The translations under genes and the position numbers were made by a program. The notes beneath the pieces were generated by a model. It ran no database searches and was not told the origin of the DNA. It saw only the letters and a program-made list of their open reading frames with translations. Shown here piece after piece: positions 1-9,053 of a stretch of 31,923 nucleotides of DNA (the stretch's first letter is position 1; the number at the start of each line of letters is the position of its first letter). The DNA is from Thermoanaerobaculia bacterium. GTDB lineage: Bacteria > Acidobacteriota > Thermoanaerobaculia > UBA5066. The DNA lies in assembly GCA_035429585.1 (NCBI GenBank), contig DAOMFB010000001.1, positions 1 to 31,923 of the forward strand, in the 5' to 3' direction.

Positions 1-1
1 C

Positions 2-1756
2 GCGAAGACATTTGGTCCGGACGCGCCGGCCGACGAGACCGCCGACGCCGTCACGGCTGCCGGCGTCGTCCTCGGCACGGCCCGGTACATGTCCCCGGAA
101 CAGGCGGCGGGGCACGCCGTCGACGCCCGGAGCGATCTCTTCAGCCTGGGCACGATCCTCTTCGAGATGCTGGCGGGCCGCCCCCCCTTCCGCGGCGATT
201 CGGGCGCCGCCGTGATCGCGGCGGTCCTGCGGGACACCCCGCCCCCGATCGACGGCGTGGACGAAGGGGTCGCCCGGCTCGTCCAGAAGTGCCTCCAGAA
301 GGATCCGGACCGGCGCTTCCAGTCCGCCGCCGAGCTGAAGGCAGCCGTCGACGAGTGCCTCTCGTCCCCGGGCGAACCCCGGAGACCTTCGATCGCCGTC
401 CTCCCCTTCACGAACATGACCGGGTCGGCCGAAGAGGACATCCTCTGCGAGGGCCTGGCCGAGGAGATCATCGACGCCCTCACCCGGATACCGGGCCTGC
501 GGGTCATCGCCCGGACCTCGGCGTTCGCCGTCGCCCGGGCCGAGCGCGACGTCCGTGCGGCCGGGTCCCGTCTCGACGTCCGACACGTCCTCCAGGGAAG
601 CGTCCGGCGCGAGGAGCGCCGCGTGCGCGTCGCCGTGCAGCTCGTCGACGCGCAGGACGGCACGCAGCTGTGGAGCGAGCGATTCGATCGCGAGCTCGCG
701 GGCGTGCTCGCCCTCGAAGACGAGATCGCGGCCGCCATCGCGGCACGGCTGCGGCTCGGGATCGAGCCCGGCGTGCCGGTCCCGGCGCGGGCCGCCGTCG
801 ACCCCGAGGCGCATGCGGCCTTCCTCGAGGGGCGGTACCACTTCGCCCGGGGGACGCCGGAGGCGCTGGCGACGGCGATGGCCTGCTACCAGAGCGCCAT
901 CGCCCGGGACCCGGGTTTCGCGCTCGCCTACGACTCGCTCGCGGAGCTCCACTGGTACTTCGGGTTCTTCGGAAACGCACCTCCCCGCGAGGCGTTCACG
1001 CTGGGCACCTGGAACGCCCTCCGGGCTCTCGAGCTGGACGACGGCCTCGCCCAGACGCACGCGCTCCTCGGCATGCTCCGGAAAGAGCTCGACTACAGCT
1101 GGTCCGAGGTGGATCGCGAGCTGGCGCGCGCGTTCGAGCTGAACCGGGACTCGCCCCTCGTCCGTCTCCGTTACGCCATCAGCGGGCTCCTCCCCCACGG
1201 CCGGATCCCGGAGGCCGTCGCCGAGATCGAGCAGATCCTCCGGAGCGACCCACTCAACCTCTTCACCCGCTGGTGGCTGGGCGTGATGCTCTATCTGGCC
1301 CGGCGGTCAGGCCGGACGATCGAGGAGGGTCGGCACATGATCTCCCTCGAGCCGGCCTTCTTCCTCGGCCACTGGGTTCTCGGGCTGGGCCTCGCGGAGG
1401 CCGGGGCGACGGAGGACGCGGTGGCCGCCCTCGAGAGAGCCCACGAGCTCTCGGGGGGCTCGCCGTTCACGCTCGGCTTCCTCGCCTTCGTGAAGGCGCG
1501 CGCCGGCCGCTCCGGGGAGGCGCGCCGTCTCGTCGACCAGGCCCGGATGCGCGCGGCGGAAGGCTACTTCCCCCCTTCGACGTTCTTCCTCGCGTACGGC
1601 GGCCTCGGCGACTGGGACGCGGCCTTCGAGTGGATGGACCGCGCCATCGAGACGCGCGATCCGGTCGTCATGCCGATAAAGTCCTTCCCCTTCCTCGACC
1701 CCGTACGGACGGATCCGCGCTACCTCGCCCTTCTTCGGAAGATGCGCCTCGCCTGA
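2..1756 (+). CDS. Ser/Thr protein kinase (C-lobe only in window) fused to a TolB-like/adenylate-cyclase-associated domain and TPR repeats; 5'-truncated by the window edge
   Basis: The frame is open from base 2 and reads ...GVVLGTARYMSPEQ...DARSDLFSLG...EMLAGRPPF (kinase subdomains VIII-IX). It continues into PSIAVLPFTNM...EGLAEEIIDAL...LRVIARTSAF (TolB-like) and helical TPR-like repeats. The ORF track's ATG at 89 is internal. Confidence 0.9.
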   Translation, partial: AKTFGPDAPADETADAVTAAGVVLGTARYMSPEQAAGHAVDARSDLFSLGTILFEMLAGRPPFRGDSGAAVIAAVLRDTPPPIDGVDEGVARLVQKCLQKDPDRRFQSAAELKAAVDECLSSPGEPRRPSIAVLPFTNMTGSAEEDILCEGLAEEIIDALTRIPGLRVIARTSAFAVARAERDVRAAGSRLDVRHVLQGSVRREERRVRVAVQLVDAQDGTQLWSERFDRELAGVLALEDEIAAAIAARLRLGIEPGVPVPARAAVDPEAHAAFLEGRYHFARGTPEALATAMACYQSAIARDPGFALAYDSLAELHWYFGFFGNAPPREAFTLGTWNALRALELDDGLAQTHALLGMLRKELDYSWSEVDRELARAFELNRDSPLVRLRYAISGLLPHGRIPEAVAEIEQILRSDPLNLFTRWWLGVMLYLARRSGRTIEEGRHMISLEPAFFLGHWVLGLGLAEAGATEDAVAALERAHELSGGSPFTLGFLAFVKARAGRSGEARRLVDQARMRAAEGYFPPSTFFLAYGGLGDWDAAFEWMDRAIETRDPVVMPIKSFPFLDPVRTDPRYLALLRKMRLA

Positions 1757-1762
1757 CGGGCC

Positions 1763-3115
1763 TCACGGCGCGCCGCCGGCGAGCGCGCCGTCGACGGTGA
1801 CGGCGTCCACGACCCCCGCCGCCCCGTAGAGGACGGGGAGGACCTTCTCCGGCGGGTACTTCTTCCGGAGCGCGGCCACCTTCTCCGTCCCGAACCGGTA
1901 GGCGGGGAGGTACATCCGCCCGAGGAGCGGGTGCCGCCCCCAGGCGCCGGAGAGCTTGTCGGCCCGCTCGGGAGAGACGAGGAACTCGTTCCGGAGGACG
2001 GACGCCACCTCGGCCTGCGGGCGCTTCTCCTGCCACGTCAGGTACGAGGACTGGTTCTTCGCGTCGTCCTGGAGGAGGGCAAGAAGGAGCCCGATGACGA
2101 CGTCCTTGTCGGGTATGGCCGACAGGTCCGTGACGCCGTAGGCCATCAGGAGGGCGTTGTTGGCGATCCCCTCGGCGAGGGCCGCGTAGCGCGTGTTCAT
2201 CGTCAGGACGGTCGCCTCGAAGCCGACGCGGCGCCGGACCCAGAGGTTCTGGAGGAACGCGAAGGTCGTGACGTGCCCCGGCACGACCTCGTGGCTGACG
2301 AGCTGGTGGAACTCGGGGACGGAGATCTGGAGGGAGGCGTTGATCTCGTACGTCGCCTCGTACTCGGGCGAGCCGTCCGGCCGGCGCGCCCGGCCGAGGT
2401 AGTTCATCGAGCCGGAGAACCAGGCGTTCTCGATCGGCAGGAACGAGACGTTCGCGAGCGGCACCCCCCGCAGATCCGCCGGGAGGTGCGGGAGGACGTT
2501 CTGCCGGGAAAGGGCCGTCAGCTCGGCGATCACCTTCGTGGCGAGGCCCGGGATGGCCCGCCCCTCGACCGTCCGGCCGGAGCGCCAGGCGTCGACGGCC
2601 GCGAGGAGCCCGGCCCGGTCCTTCGACGGGTGTCCCGCGGCCGCCAGCATGTCCGCGACGAGCCGCCGCTTCTCCTCCGGCCGGGACGGCTCCGGCGGGC
2701 GGGCCGTCATGGCGTCGACGCACCGCGCGTACGGGACGGGCGCGCCCCGGTCCAGAAGCTCCATCGCGAGGTCCCACATCACGTCGAAACAGAGGGCGAG
2801 GCCCGACAGGTAGGCGCCCCGCAGGCCTCCGAGCTTCTTCCCCTCGGCCGCGACGGCACCGATCGAGCCCCTGACGTCCACCGCGGCGAGGTAGGCGTCC
2901 ACCGAGGCCGTGTCGGGCCCCTTCGCCGTGACGCCGCCGGTCTCGCGGAGCCGCGCCGCCGCGGGATGCGAGTAGGCGAGCGGGAGCTTCTCGTCGGAAA
3001 ACCAGCTGTCCGCGATGAAGCGGCCCGTGCCGGAGGGGTTCAGGACGTCGCCTCCCCAGAGCGTGTCGATGCCGAGGATCGCCTGCGCCACGTGGTGGTC
3101 GAGACCGGTCAGCAT
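1763..3115 (-). CDS. Conserved hypothetical protein, DUF885-like putative zinc metallopeptidase (450 aa)
   Basis: ATG at 3115 with GGAGG 5 nt upstream; typical high-GC codon usage. Contains HEVVPGH (2273-2293) and a downstream AEG, resembling the HExxPGH...EGW signature of DUF885 proteins. The CDS is solid; the family call is tentative. Confidence 0.7.
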   Translation of the reverse strand: MLTGLDHHVAQAILGIDTLWGGDVLNPSGTGRFIADSWFSDEKLPLAYSHPAAARLRETGGVTAKGPDTASVDAYLAAVDVRGSIGAVAAEGKKLGGLRGAYLSGLALCFDVMWDLAMELLDRGAPVPYARCVDAMTARPPEPSRPEEKRRLVADMLAAAGHPSKDRAGLLAAVDAWRSGRTVEGRAIPGLATKVIAELTALSRQNVLPHLPADLRGVPLANVSFLPIENAWFSGSMNYLGRARRPDGSPEYEATYEINASLQISVPEFHQLVSHEVVPGHVTTFAFLQNLWVRRRVGFEATVLTMNTRYAALAEGIANNALLMAYGVTDLSAIPDKDVVIGLLLALLQDDAKNQSSYLTWQEKRPQAEVASVLRNEFLVSPERADKLSGAWGRHPLLGRMYLPAYRFGTEKVAALRKKYPPEKVLPVLYGAAGVVDAVTVDGALAGGAP

Positions 3116-3153
3116 GGAAGCCTCCGGAGGGAAGTATCGCCCGTCCCCGTTCC

Positions 3154-3182
3154 TTGCGTTCCCGAAGGGGCGCCCGTAAGCT
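3154..3182 (+). promoter_or_regulatory. Candidate sigma70-type promoter for the OPT gene
   Basis: TTGCGT (3154-3159), a 17-bp spacer and TAAGCT (3177-3182), lying in the 109-bp divergent intergenic region. Confidence 0.45.
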
Positions 3183-3224
3183 GCCGGGGCCCACCGCGAA
3201 CGAAATCCTTCGGAGGTGCCCTCC

Positions 3225-5249
3225 GTGGAGCCGACCCGCCGGACCCTGCCCGAGAACGCGTACCGCGCTCTCAAGCCCGGGGAGACCTACAGCCCCATCG
3301 TTCCCGCCGGCGAGCCGGTGGCCGAGTTCACGACACGGTCGCTCGTCCTCGGCCTCATCATGGCGGCCGTCTTCTCCGCGGCCGCGGCGTTCCTCGGCCT
3401 GAAGGTCGGCCAGGTCTTCGAGGCGGCGATCCCGATCTCGATCCTGGCCGTCGGCCTCGGCTACGCCTTCAAGCGCCGGTCGACGATCCTCGAGAACGTC
3501 ATCATCCAGTCGGTCGGGGCCGCGTCGGGCCTCGTCGTGGCGGGATCGGTCTTCACCCTCCCCGCCCTCTTCATCCTCGGCCTCGACGTGAACCTCGTGA
3601 AGCTCTTCCTCGTGGCGCTCCTCGGCGGAACGATCGGGATCCTCTTCCTCGTCCCGCTCCGCCGCTACTTCGTGAAGGAGATGCACGGGGAACTCCCCTT
3701 CCCCGAAGCCACGGCCACGACGGAGGTCCTCGTCGCCGGCGAGGCGGGGGGCCAGCAGGCGAAGATCCTCGCGGTGGCCGCGGCCGTGGGCGGCCTCTTC
3801 GACTTCCTGATCATTCACCTCGGGGCCTTCGCCGAGGTCTTCACGTCGCGGTCGCTCCCGGTCTTCCGGGAGCTGGCCGAGAAGGCGAAGCTCGTCTTCA
3901 AAGTGGACATCCTCGCCTCCATCGTGGGGCTCGGGTACATCATCGGCCTCCGCTACTCCGCCATCATCTGCGCCGGGTCGTTCGTCTCCTGGTTCCTCCT
4001 CGTCCCCGTCGTCGCCCATTTCGGTTCGCAGCTCGGGGTCGCCATTCCGCCCGCCGGGTCGGGAACCCTCATCGGCTCGATGTCGGCCGAGACCGTCTTC
4101 CGGACGTACGTGCGGCACATCGGCATCGGCGGCATCGCGGCGGCCGGGATCATGGGGATCCTCCGGAGCTGGCGGATCATCGCGAAGGCCTTCTCCCTCG
4201 GCTTCAAGGAGCTGTTCGGAGGAAAGCGCTCCGGCGCGGTCGCGTCGGCCGAGCGGACGGACCGCGACATCCCCATGGGCCTCGTCATCGCGGGAATCGT
4301 CGCCGTCGCCGTCGGCGCGTGGCTCTTCTTCCGATTCGGGGTCCTGAGCGGCGAGGGCGCCACCGCGCAATCCCTGATCGCCCTGGCCGTCGTCATCGTC
4401 ATCTCGTTCCTCTTCACGACGGTGGCCGCCCGGGCCATCGCCACGGTGGGCACGAACCCCGTCTCCGGCATGACCCTGATGACGCTCATCCTGACCTCGG
4501 TCTTCCTCGTGAAAGCCGGCCTCTCCGGCCCCTCCGGAATGCTGGCGGCGCTCCTGATCGGCGGCGTCGTCTGCACCGCCCTCTCCATGGCGGGAGGCCT
4601 CATCACCGACCTGAAGATCGGCTACTGGATCGGCGCCACGCCGGCCGTCCAGCAGCGCTCCAAGTTCCTCGGGACGATCGTGGCCTCCCTCACGGTCGGC
4701 GCGGTCATCCTCCTTCTCGACCAGGCCTACGGCTTCGCCCCGTCGGCGGCCCACCCGGAGAGCGAGGTCCTGGTCGCGCCGCAGGCGAACGCCATGGCGG
4801 CCGTCATCAAGACCCTCATGTCGAACGAGCCGGTCCCCTGGCTCCTCTACGGGGTCGGCGCCCTCGTGGCCATGACGATGCAGATGATCGGCATCCCGTC
4901 ACTCGCCTTCGCCCTCGGCATGTACATCCCGCAGGAGCTGAACACGCCGCTCCTGATCGGCGGCCTCGTCGCCCACTTCGTGACGAAGTCGGCCGGCAAG
5001 AACGAGAAGCTCGCGTCGGCGCGCAACTCCCGCGGCACCCTCATCGCGTCGGGCTTCATCGCCGGCGGCGCCATCATGGGCGTCATCGCGGCCGGCCTGA
5101 AGTTCCTGACGACGAAGGTGAGCCTCGGCCCCCTCGGCTACAACTTCGACTACGCCGCCGGCCGCGGCCCCGAGCTCCTCGCCCTCTTCTTCTACGCCCT
5201 CCTCATCGTCTACATGTACTGGGACTCGAAGCGGGCGCAGGAGGAGTAG
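3225..5249 (+). CDS. OPT family oligopeptide transporter (674 aa)
   Basis: Polytopic membrane protein with OPT motifs LKVGQVFEAAIPISIL, ENVIIQSVG, PFPEATA, NPVSGMTL, DLKIGYWIGATP and APQANAMA. GTG at 3225 is preferred because GGAGG lies at 3212-3216. Confidence 0.92.
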   Translation: MEPTRRTLPENAYRALKPGETYSPIVPAGEPVAEFTTRSLVLGLIMAAVFSAAAAFLGLKVGQVFEAAIPISILAVGLGYAFKRRSTILENVIIQSVGAASGLVVAGSVFTLPALFILGLDVNLVKLFLVALLGGTIGILFLVPLRRYFVKEMHGELPFPEATATTEVLVAGEAGGQQAKILAVAAAVGGLFDFLIIHLGAFAEVFTSRSLPVFRELAEKAKLVFKVDILASIVGLGYIIGLRYSAIICAGSFVSWFLLVPVVAHFGSQLGVAIPPAGSGTLIGSMSAETVFRTYVRHIGIGGIAAAGIMGILRSWRIIAKAFSLGFKELFGGKRSGAVASAERTDRDIPMGLVIAGIVAVAVGAWLFFRFGVLSGEGATAQSLIALAVVIVISFLFTTVAARAIATVGTNPVSGMTLMTLILTSVFLVKAGLSGPSGMLAALLIGGVVCTALSMAGGLITDLKIGYWIGATPAVQQRSKFLGTIVASLTVGAVILLLDQAYGFAPSAAHPESEVLVAPQANAMAAVIKTLMSNEPVPWLLYGVGALVAMTMQMIGIPSLAFALGMYIPQELNTPLLIGGLVAHFVTKSAGKNEKLASARNSRGTLIASGFIAGGAIMGVIAAGLKFLTTKVSLGPLGYNFDYAAGRGPELLALFFYALLIVYMYWDSKRAQEE

Positions 5250-5291
5250 GCCAATCTCGGTGCATCGGTCCGCCTGAAGGGGGAGAGCGCC

Positions 5292-5942
5292 GTGTCGAAA
5301 CTGCGGGTCTGCTGCTTCGCGATCTCGATCGACGGCTACGGTGCCGGCCCGAACCAGGATCTTCAGAACCCTCTCGGCGTCGGCGGCCCGGCTCTCTTCG
5401 AATGGTTCTTCCGGACGCGCACCTTCCGGCGGATGCACGGGAACGAAGGAGGCGAGACCGGCCCGGACGACGACATCGCGGCGCGCGGATTCGAGAACAT
5501 CGGCGCCTGGATCCTCGGGCGGAACATGTTCGGCCCCGTCCGGGGTCCATGGCCCGACGAAAGCTGGAAAGGCTGGTGGGGGGAGGAGCCGCCGTACCAC
5601 GTCCCCGTCTTCGTCCTGACCCATCATCCCCGCGCACCGATCCGGATGAAGGGCGGCACCGAGTTCCGGTTCGTGACCGACGGCATCCACGCGGCGCTGG
5701 AGCAGGCCCGGGCGGCGGCCGGAGGCCGCGACGTCCGTCTCGGGGGCGGCGTCGCCACGATCCGCCAGTATCTCCGCGCCTGCCTGATCGACGAGTTGCA
5801 CCTCGTCCTGTCGCCCGTCCTCCTCGGATCCGGAGAGCATCTTCTGGGCGGGCTGGATCTCCCGGCCCTCGGCTACGAGTCCGCCGGGCACGTCGCCGGC
5901 GCCCGGGCCGCGGCGCACCTCACCCTCCGCCGACGACCGTGA
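5292..5942 (+). CDS. Dihydrofolate reductase family / RibD C-terminal domain protein
   Basis: SIDGYGAGP N-terminus, ILGRNMFG, PVFVLTH, DVRLGGGVATIRQYL and LIDELHLVLSPVLLGSGE motifs. Confidence 0.88.
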   Translation: MSKLRVCCFAISIDGYGAGPNQDLQNPLGVGGPALFEWFFRTRTFRRMHGNEGGETGPDDDIAARGFENIGAWILGRNMFGPVRGPWPDESWKGWWGEEPPYHVPVFVLTHHPRAPIRMKGGTEFRFVTDGIHAALEQARAAAGGRDVRLGGGVATIRQYLRACLIDELHLVLSPVLLGSGEHLLGGLDLPALGYESAGHVAGARAAAHLTLRRRP

Positions 5943-5946
5943 CCGA

Positions 5947-6585
5947 ATGGCAGAGCCGACCGGCCTCCTCCCGTCCTTCGCCCTCGGGGCGGGACTCGCC
6001 TTCGCGGCGGTCGTGCAGCCGGGGCCGCTCCAGGCGTTCCTCCTCTCCCGGGCGGCGACGGAGGGGTGGCGGAGGACGCTGCCCGCCGCTTTCTCCCCCC
6101 TCCTGAGCGACGGGCCGATCGCGCTTCTCGCTGTGCTGCTCCTCTCCCGGTTCCCGCCGGCGGCCCAGAGCCTCCTCCGGGCCGCGGGGGGCGTCCTGCT
6201 CCTCTACCTCGCCGGGAGCTCCCTGCGAGCGCTCCGCGCCGGGGCGGACGCCCCCGAGCCCGATCGGCGCGCCGCCCCGAAGACGCTCTTCCAGGCCGCG
6301 GCCGTCAACCTCCTGAACCCCAATCCCTACCTCGCCTGGGCGCTCGTGCTGGGGCCCGCCGCGGTCTCGGCATGGCGCATCCGCCCGGTCAACGCCGTGG
6401 CGCTGCTCCTCTCCTTCTACGGGGTCATGGTGACGGGCCTCGCCGCCTTCATCGTCCTGGCGAGCGGAGCGCGGTCGCTCCCGCCGCGGGCCCGGCGCGC
6501 CGTCGCTCTGGCGGCGGCGGCGATCCTGGCCGGCCTCGGCCTCTGGATGCTCGGCACCGGCCTCGCGGCGATCGCGTCCGCCTGA
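5947..6585 (+). CDS. LysE family translocator
   Basis: Hydrophobic 212-aa protein with the QPGP motif in TM1 and NLLNPNPY...W in the second half. Confidence 0.82.
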   Translation: MAEPTGLLPSFALGAGLAFAAVVQPGPLQAFLLSRAATEGWRRTLPAAFSPLLSDGPIALLAVLLLSRFPPAAQSLLRAAGGVLLLYLAGSSLRALRAGADAPEPDRRAAPKTLFQAAAVNLLNPNPYLAWALVLGPAAVSAWRIRPVNAVALLLSFYGVMVTGLAAFIVLASGARSLPPRARRAVALAAAAILAGLGLWMLGTGLAAIASA

Positions 6586-6603
6586 GCCACCGGACGCCGA
6601 CGC

Positions 6604-7683
6604 TCAGCAGATCCGCGGCAGCTGCTCGCCGGTCAGGAGGTCGACGACGCGGAGGCCGCCGATGCGGCTCCTCATGACGACCCGGCCGGGATGGTCGGCC
6701 ACGACCTCGCCGATCCGCGCGGCGCTCTTCCCGAGAGGGTGGCGCCGGAGCGCCGCGAGCGCGGCGTCCGCGGCCTCGGGAGCGACGAGGACGAGGCACT
6801 TCCCCTCGTTCGCGACGTAGAGAGGGTCGAGGCCGAGGATCTCGCAGGCGCCGCGGACCTCCTCGCTCACGGGGATGGCCCTCTCCTCGAGCCGGATCCC
6901 GACCGCTGCCTGCGCCGCGATCTCGTTGAGCGTCGAGGCCACGCCGCCCCGCGTCGGGTCGCGGAGGACGTGGACCTTCTCCCCCGCCGCCGCCAGGACG
7001 CCGTCGACGAGCGTGTCGAGCGGTGCGCTGTCGGAGACCAGCTCCGTGTCGAACGTCAGCCCTTCGCGGACCGACATGATGGCGATGCCGTGGACGGCGA
7101 TCTCCCCCGAGACGAGAACGGCGTCACCCGGCCGGGCGCGGCGGGGGGAGATCTCGATCCCGTCCCGGACGAGGCCGAGGCCGGTCACGTTCACGAAGGC
7201 GCCGTCCCCTTTCCCCCGGTCGACCACCTTCGTGTCCCCCGTGACGATCGGGACGCCGACCCCGTTCGCGGCGCTCTTCATCGAGGCGACGATCCGGCGG
7301 AGGTCGTTCATCGGGAGCCCTTCCTCGAGGATCAGCCCGGCGGAGAGCGCCAGCGGCCGGGCCCCGCACATCGCGAGGTCGTTCACCGTGCCGTGGACGG
7401 CCAGGGAGCCGATGTCGCCGCCGGGGAAGAAGAGCGGCTTGACGACGAAGGAGTCGGTCGAGAAGGCGAGCCTTCGCCCGCCCACGTCGAGGACGGCGCC
7501 GTCGTGCAGCTCGCGGAGGAGGGCGTTGTCGAACGACGGCACGAAGAGCTGCTCGATGAGCCGCTGCGTCAGCCGGCCGCCCCCGCCGTGAGCGAGGAGG
7601 ACGTGCGGGTAGTCCGAGAGGGGCACGGGGCACGTGAGGTCGAAGGAGCCCTCGCCGCCCTTCTTCGCGGGCCCGTCGCTCAC
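6604..7683 (-). CDS. hypE: Hydrogenase maturation protein HypE (carbamoyl dehydratase), 359 aa
   Basis: [58 protein letters not shown] and the invariant C-terminal PRIC. GTG at 7683 overlaps the hypD stop (GTGA). Confidence 0.97.
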   Translation of the reverse strand: MSDGPAKKGGEGSFDLTCPVPLSDYPHVLLAHGGGGRLTQRLIEQLFVPSFDNALLRELHDGAVLDVGGRRLAFSTDSFVVKPLFFPGGDIGSLAVHGTVNDLAMCGARPLALSAGLILEEGLPMNDLRRIVASMKSAANGVGVPIVTGDTKVVDRGKGDGAFVNVTGLGLVRDGIEISPRRARPGDAVLVSGEIAVHGIAIMSVREGLTFDTELVSDSAPLDTLVDGVLAAAGEKVHVLRDPTRGGVASTLNEIAAQAAVGIRLEERAIPVSEEVRGACEILGLDPLYVANEGKCLVLVAPEAADAALAALRRHPLGKSAARIGEVVADHPGRVVMRSRIGGLRVVDLLTGEQLPRIC

Positions 7684-8768
7684 GCCGGCCTCCCGTAGTT
7701 GTAGTAGGCCGCGCAGGCCCCCTCCGAAGAGACCATCGGCGCGCCGAGGGGCTTCTCCGGCGTGCACTCCCTGCCGAACGCGGCGCAGGCGCTCGGCTTC
7801 TTCAGCCCCTGCAGGATCTCGCCCGCGATGCAGACCGACGGCTCCGCGGCCGTGATCGTCCCGACGTCGAAGCGCTTCACCGCGTCGTGCTCGGCGTATT
7901 CGCTCCGCAGCCGCCAGCCGCTCCCCGGAATGACGCCGATCCCGCGCCAGGGCCGGTCGCAGACCTCGAAGACCTCGCGAAGCGTCTCCTGCGCCCTCAC
8001 GTTCCCGTCGCGCGTCACCGAGCGGGCATACTGGTTCTCGACGCCGACGCGCCCCTCCTCGAGGGCCCGGAGCGTCATCCGGATCCCCTGCATCAGGTCG
8101 AGCGGCTCGAAACCGGTCACGACGATCGGGATCCGGTACTTCGCCGCGATCGGCTCGTACTCCCGGGTGCCCATCACCGTGCAGACGTGTCCGGCGGCGA
8201 GGAAGCCCTGCACCCGGTTCGCCGGGGAGCCGAGGATCGCCTCCATGGCCGGGGGGACCAGGACATGGGACACGAGGAGGGAGAAGTTCCTCACCCCCTC
8301 CTTCTTCGCCTGCCAGACGGCCGTCGCGTTCGCGGGCGCCGTCGTCTCGAAGCCGACCGCGAAGAAGACGACCTCCTTCGTCGGGTTCTTCCGCGCGATC
8401 TCCACGGCGTCGAGGGGTGAATAGACCATCCGGACGTCGCCCCCCGACGCCTTCACCGACAGGAGATCCGTCGTCGAGCCGGGGACGCGGAGCATGTCGC
8501 CGAAGGAGGTGAAGACGACCTCCGGCCGCCGCGCGATCGCGAGCGCCCGGTCGATCATCTCGAGCGGCGTCACGCAGACGGGGCACCCCGGGCCGTGGAC
8601 CATCGTGACCGACGGGGGGAGCATCTCGTCGATCCCGAACCGGATGAGCGTGTGGGTCTGCCCGCCGCAGATCTCCATCAGGGTCCAGGGGCGGGTGACG
8701 AGCCCGCGGATGGACGCGGCGAACTTCCGGACCGCCTCCCCGTCCCGGTACTCGTCGACGAAGCGCAC
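7680..8768 (-). CDS. hypD: Hydrogenase maturation protein HypD
   Basis: [24 protein letters not shown] and the C-terminal Fe-S motif C..F...[16 protein letters not shown]. Confidence 0.97.
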   Translation of the reverse strand: MRFVDEYRDGEAVRKFAASIRGLVTRPWTLMEICGGQTHTLIRFGIDEMLPPSVTMVHGPGCPVCVTPLEMIDRALAIARRPEVVFTSFGDMLRVPGSTTDLLSVKASGGDVRMVYSPLDAVEIARKNPTKEVVFFAVGFETTAPANATAVWQAKKEGVRNFSLLVSHVLVPPAMEAILGSPANRVQGFLAAGHVCTVMGTREYEPIAAKYRIPIVVTGFEPLDLMQGIRMTLRALEEGRVGVENQYARSVTRDGNVRAQETLREVFEVCDRPWRGIGVIPGSGWRLRSEYAEHDAVKRFDVGTITAAEPSVCIAGEILQGLKKPSACAAFGRECTPEKPLGAPMVSSEGACAAYYNYGRPA

Positions 8769-8775
8769 GTCGCCT

Positions 8776-9039
8776 TCAGCCCTTCGCGTCCGCCGGCCCG
8801 GAGAGATCGGCCAGGTCGCCCATCTCCTCGAGCGTCCGGAAGACCTCCTTCGCCTGCTCCTCGTCGAGCTTCGAGATCGCGAAGCCGACGTGGACGAGAA
8901 CCCAGTCTCCGACGTCGGCCTCCGGCGTGTACATCAGGCAGACCTCCTTCGAGATCCCGCCGAACCTGACGACGCCCATCGCCATTCCGAGGTCGTTCTT
9001 CTCGACACGGACGACCTGTCCCGGCACCCCAAGGCACAT
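8776..9039 (-). CDS. hypC: Hydrogenase maturation chaperone HypC
   Basis: N-terminal MCLGVPG and [13 protein letters not shown]; 87 aa. Confidence 0.97.
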   Translation of the reverse strand: MCLGVPGQVVRVEKNDLGMAMGVVRFGGISKEVCLMYTPEADVGDWVLVHVGFAISKLDEEQAKEVFRTLEEMGDLADLSGPADAKG

Positions 9040-9053
9040 GGGCGTCTCCCCCC

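Noticed and set aside
7684-8586. N-terminal extension making hypE 660 aa
   Set aside because: It overlaps hypD in another frame. The GTGA-coupled start at 7683 gives a normal-sized HypE.
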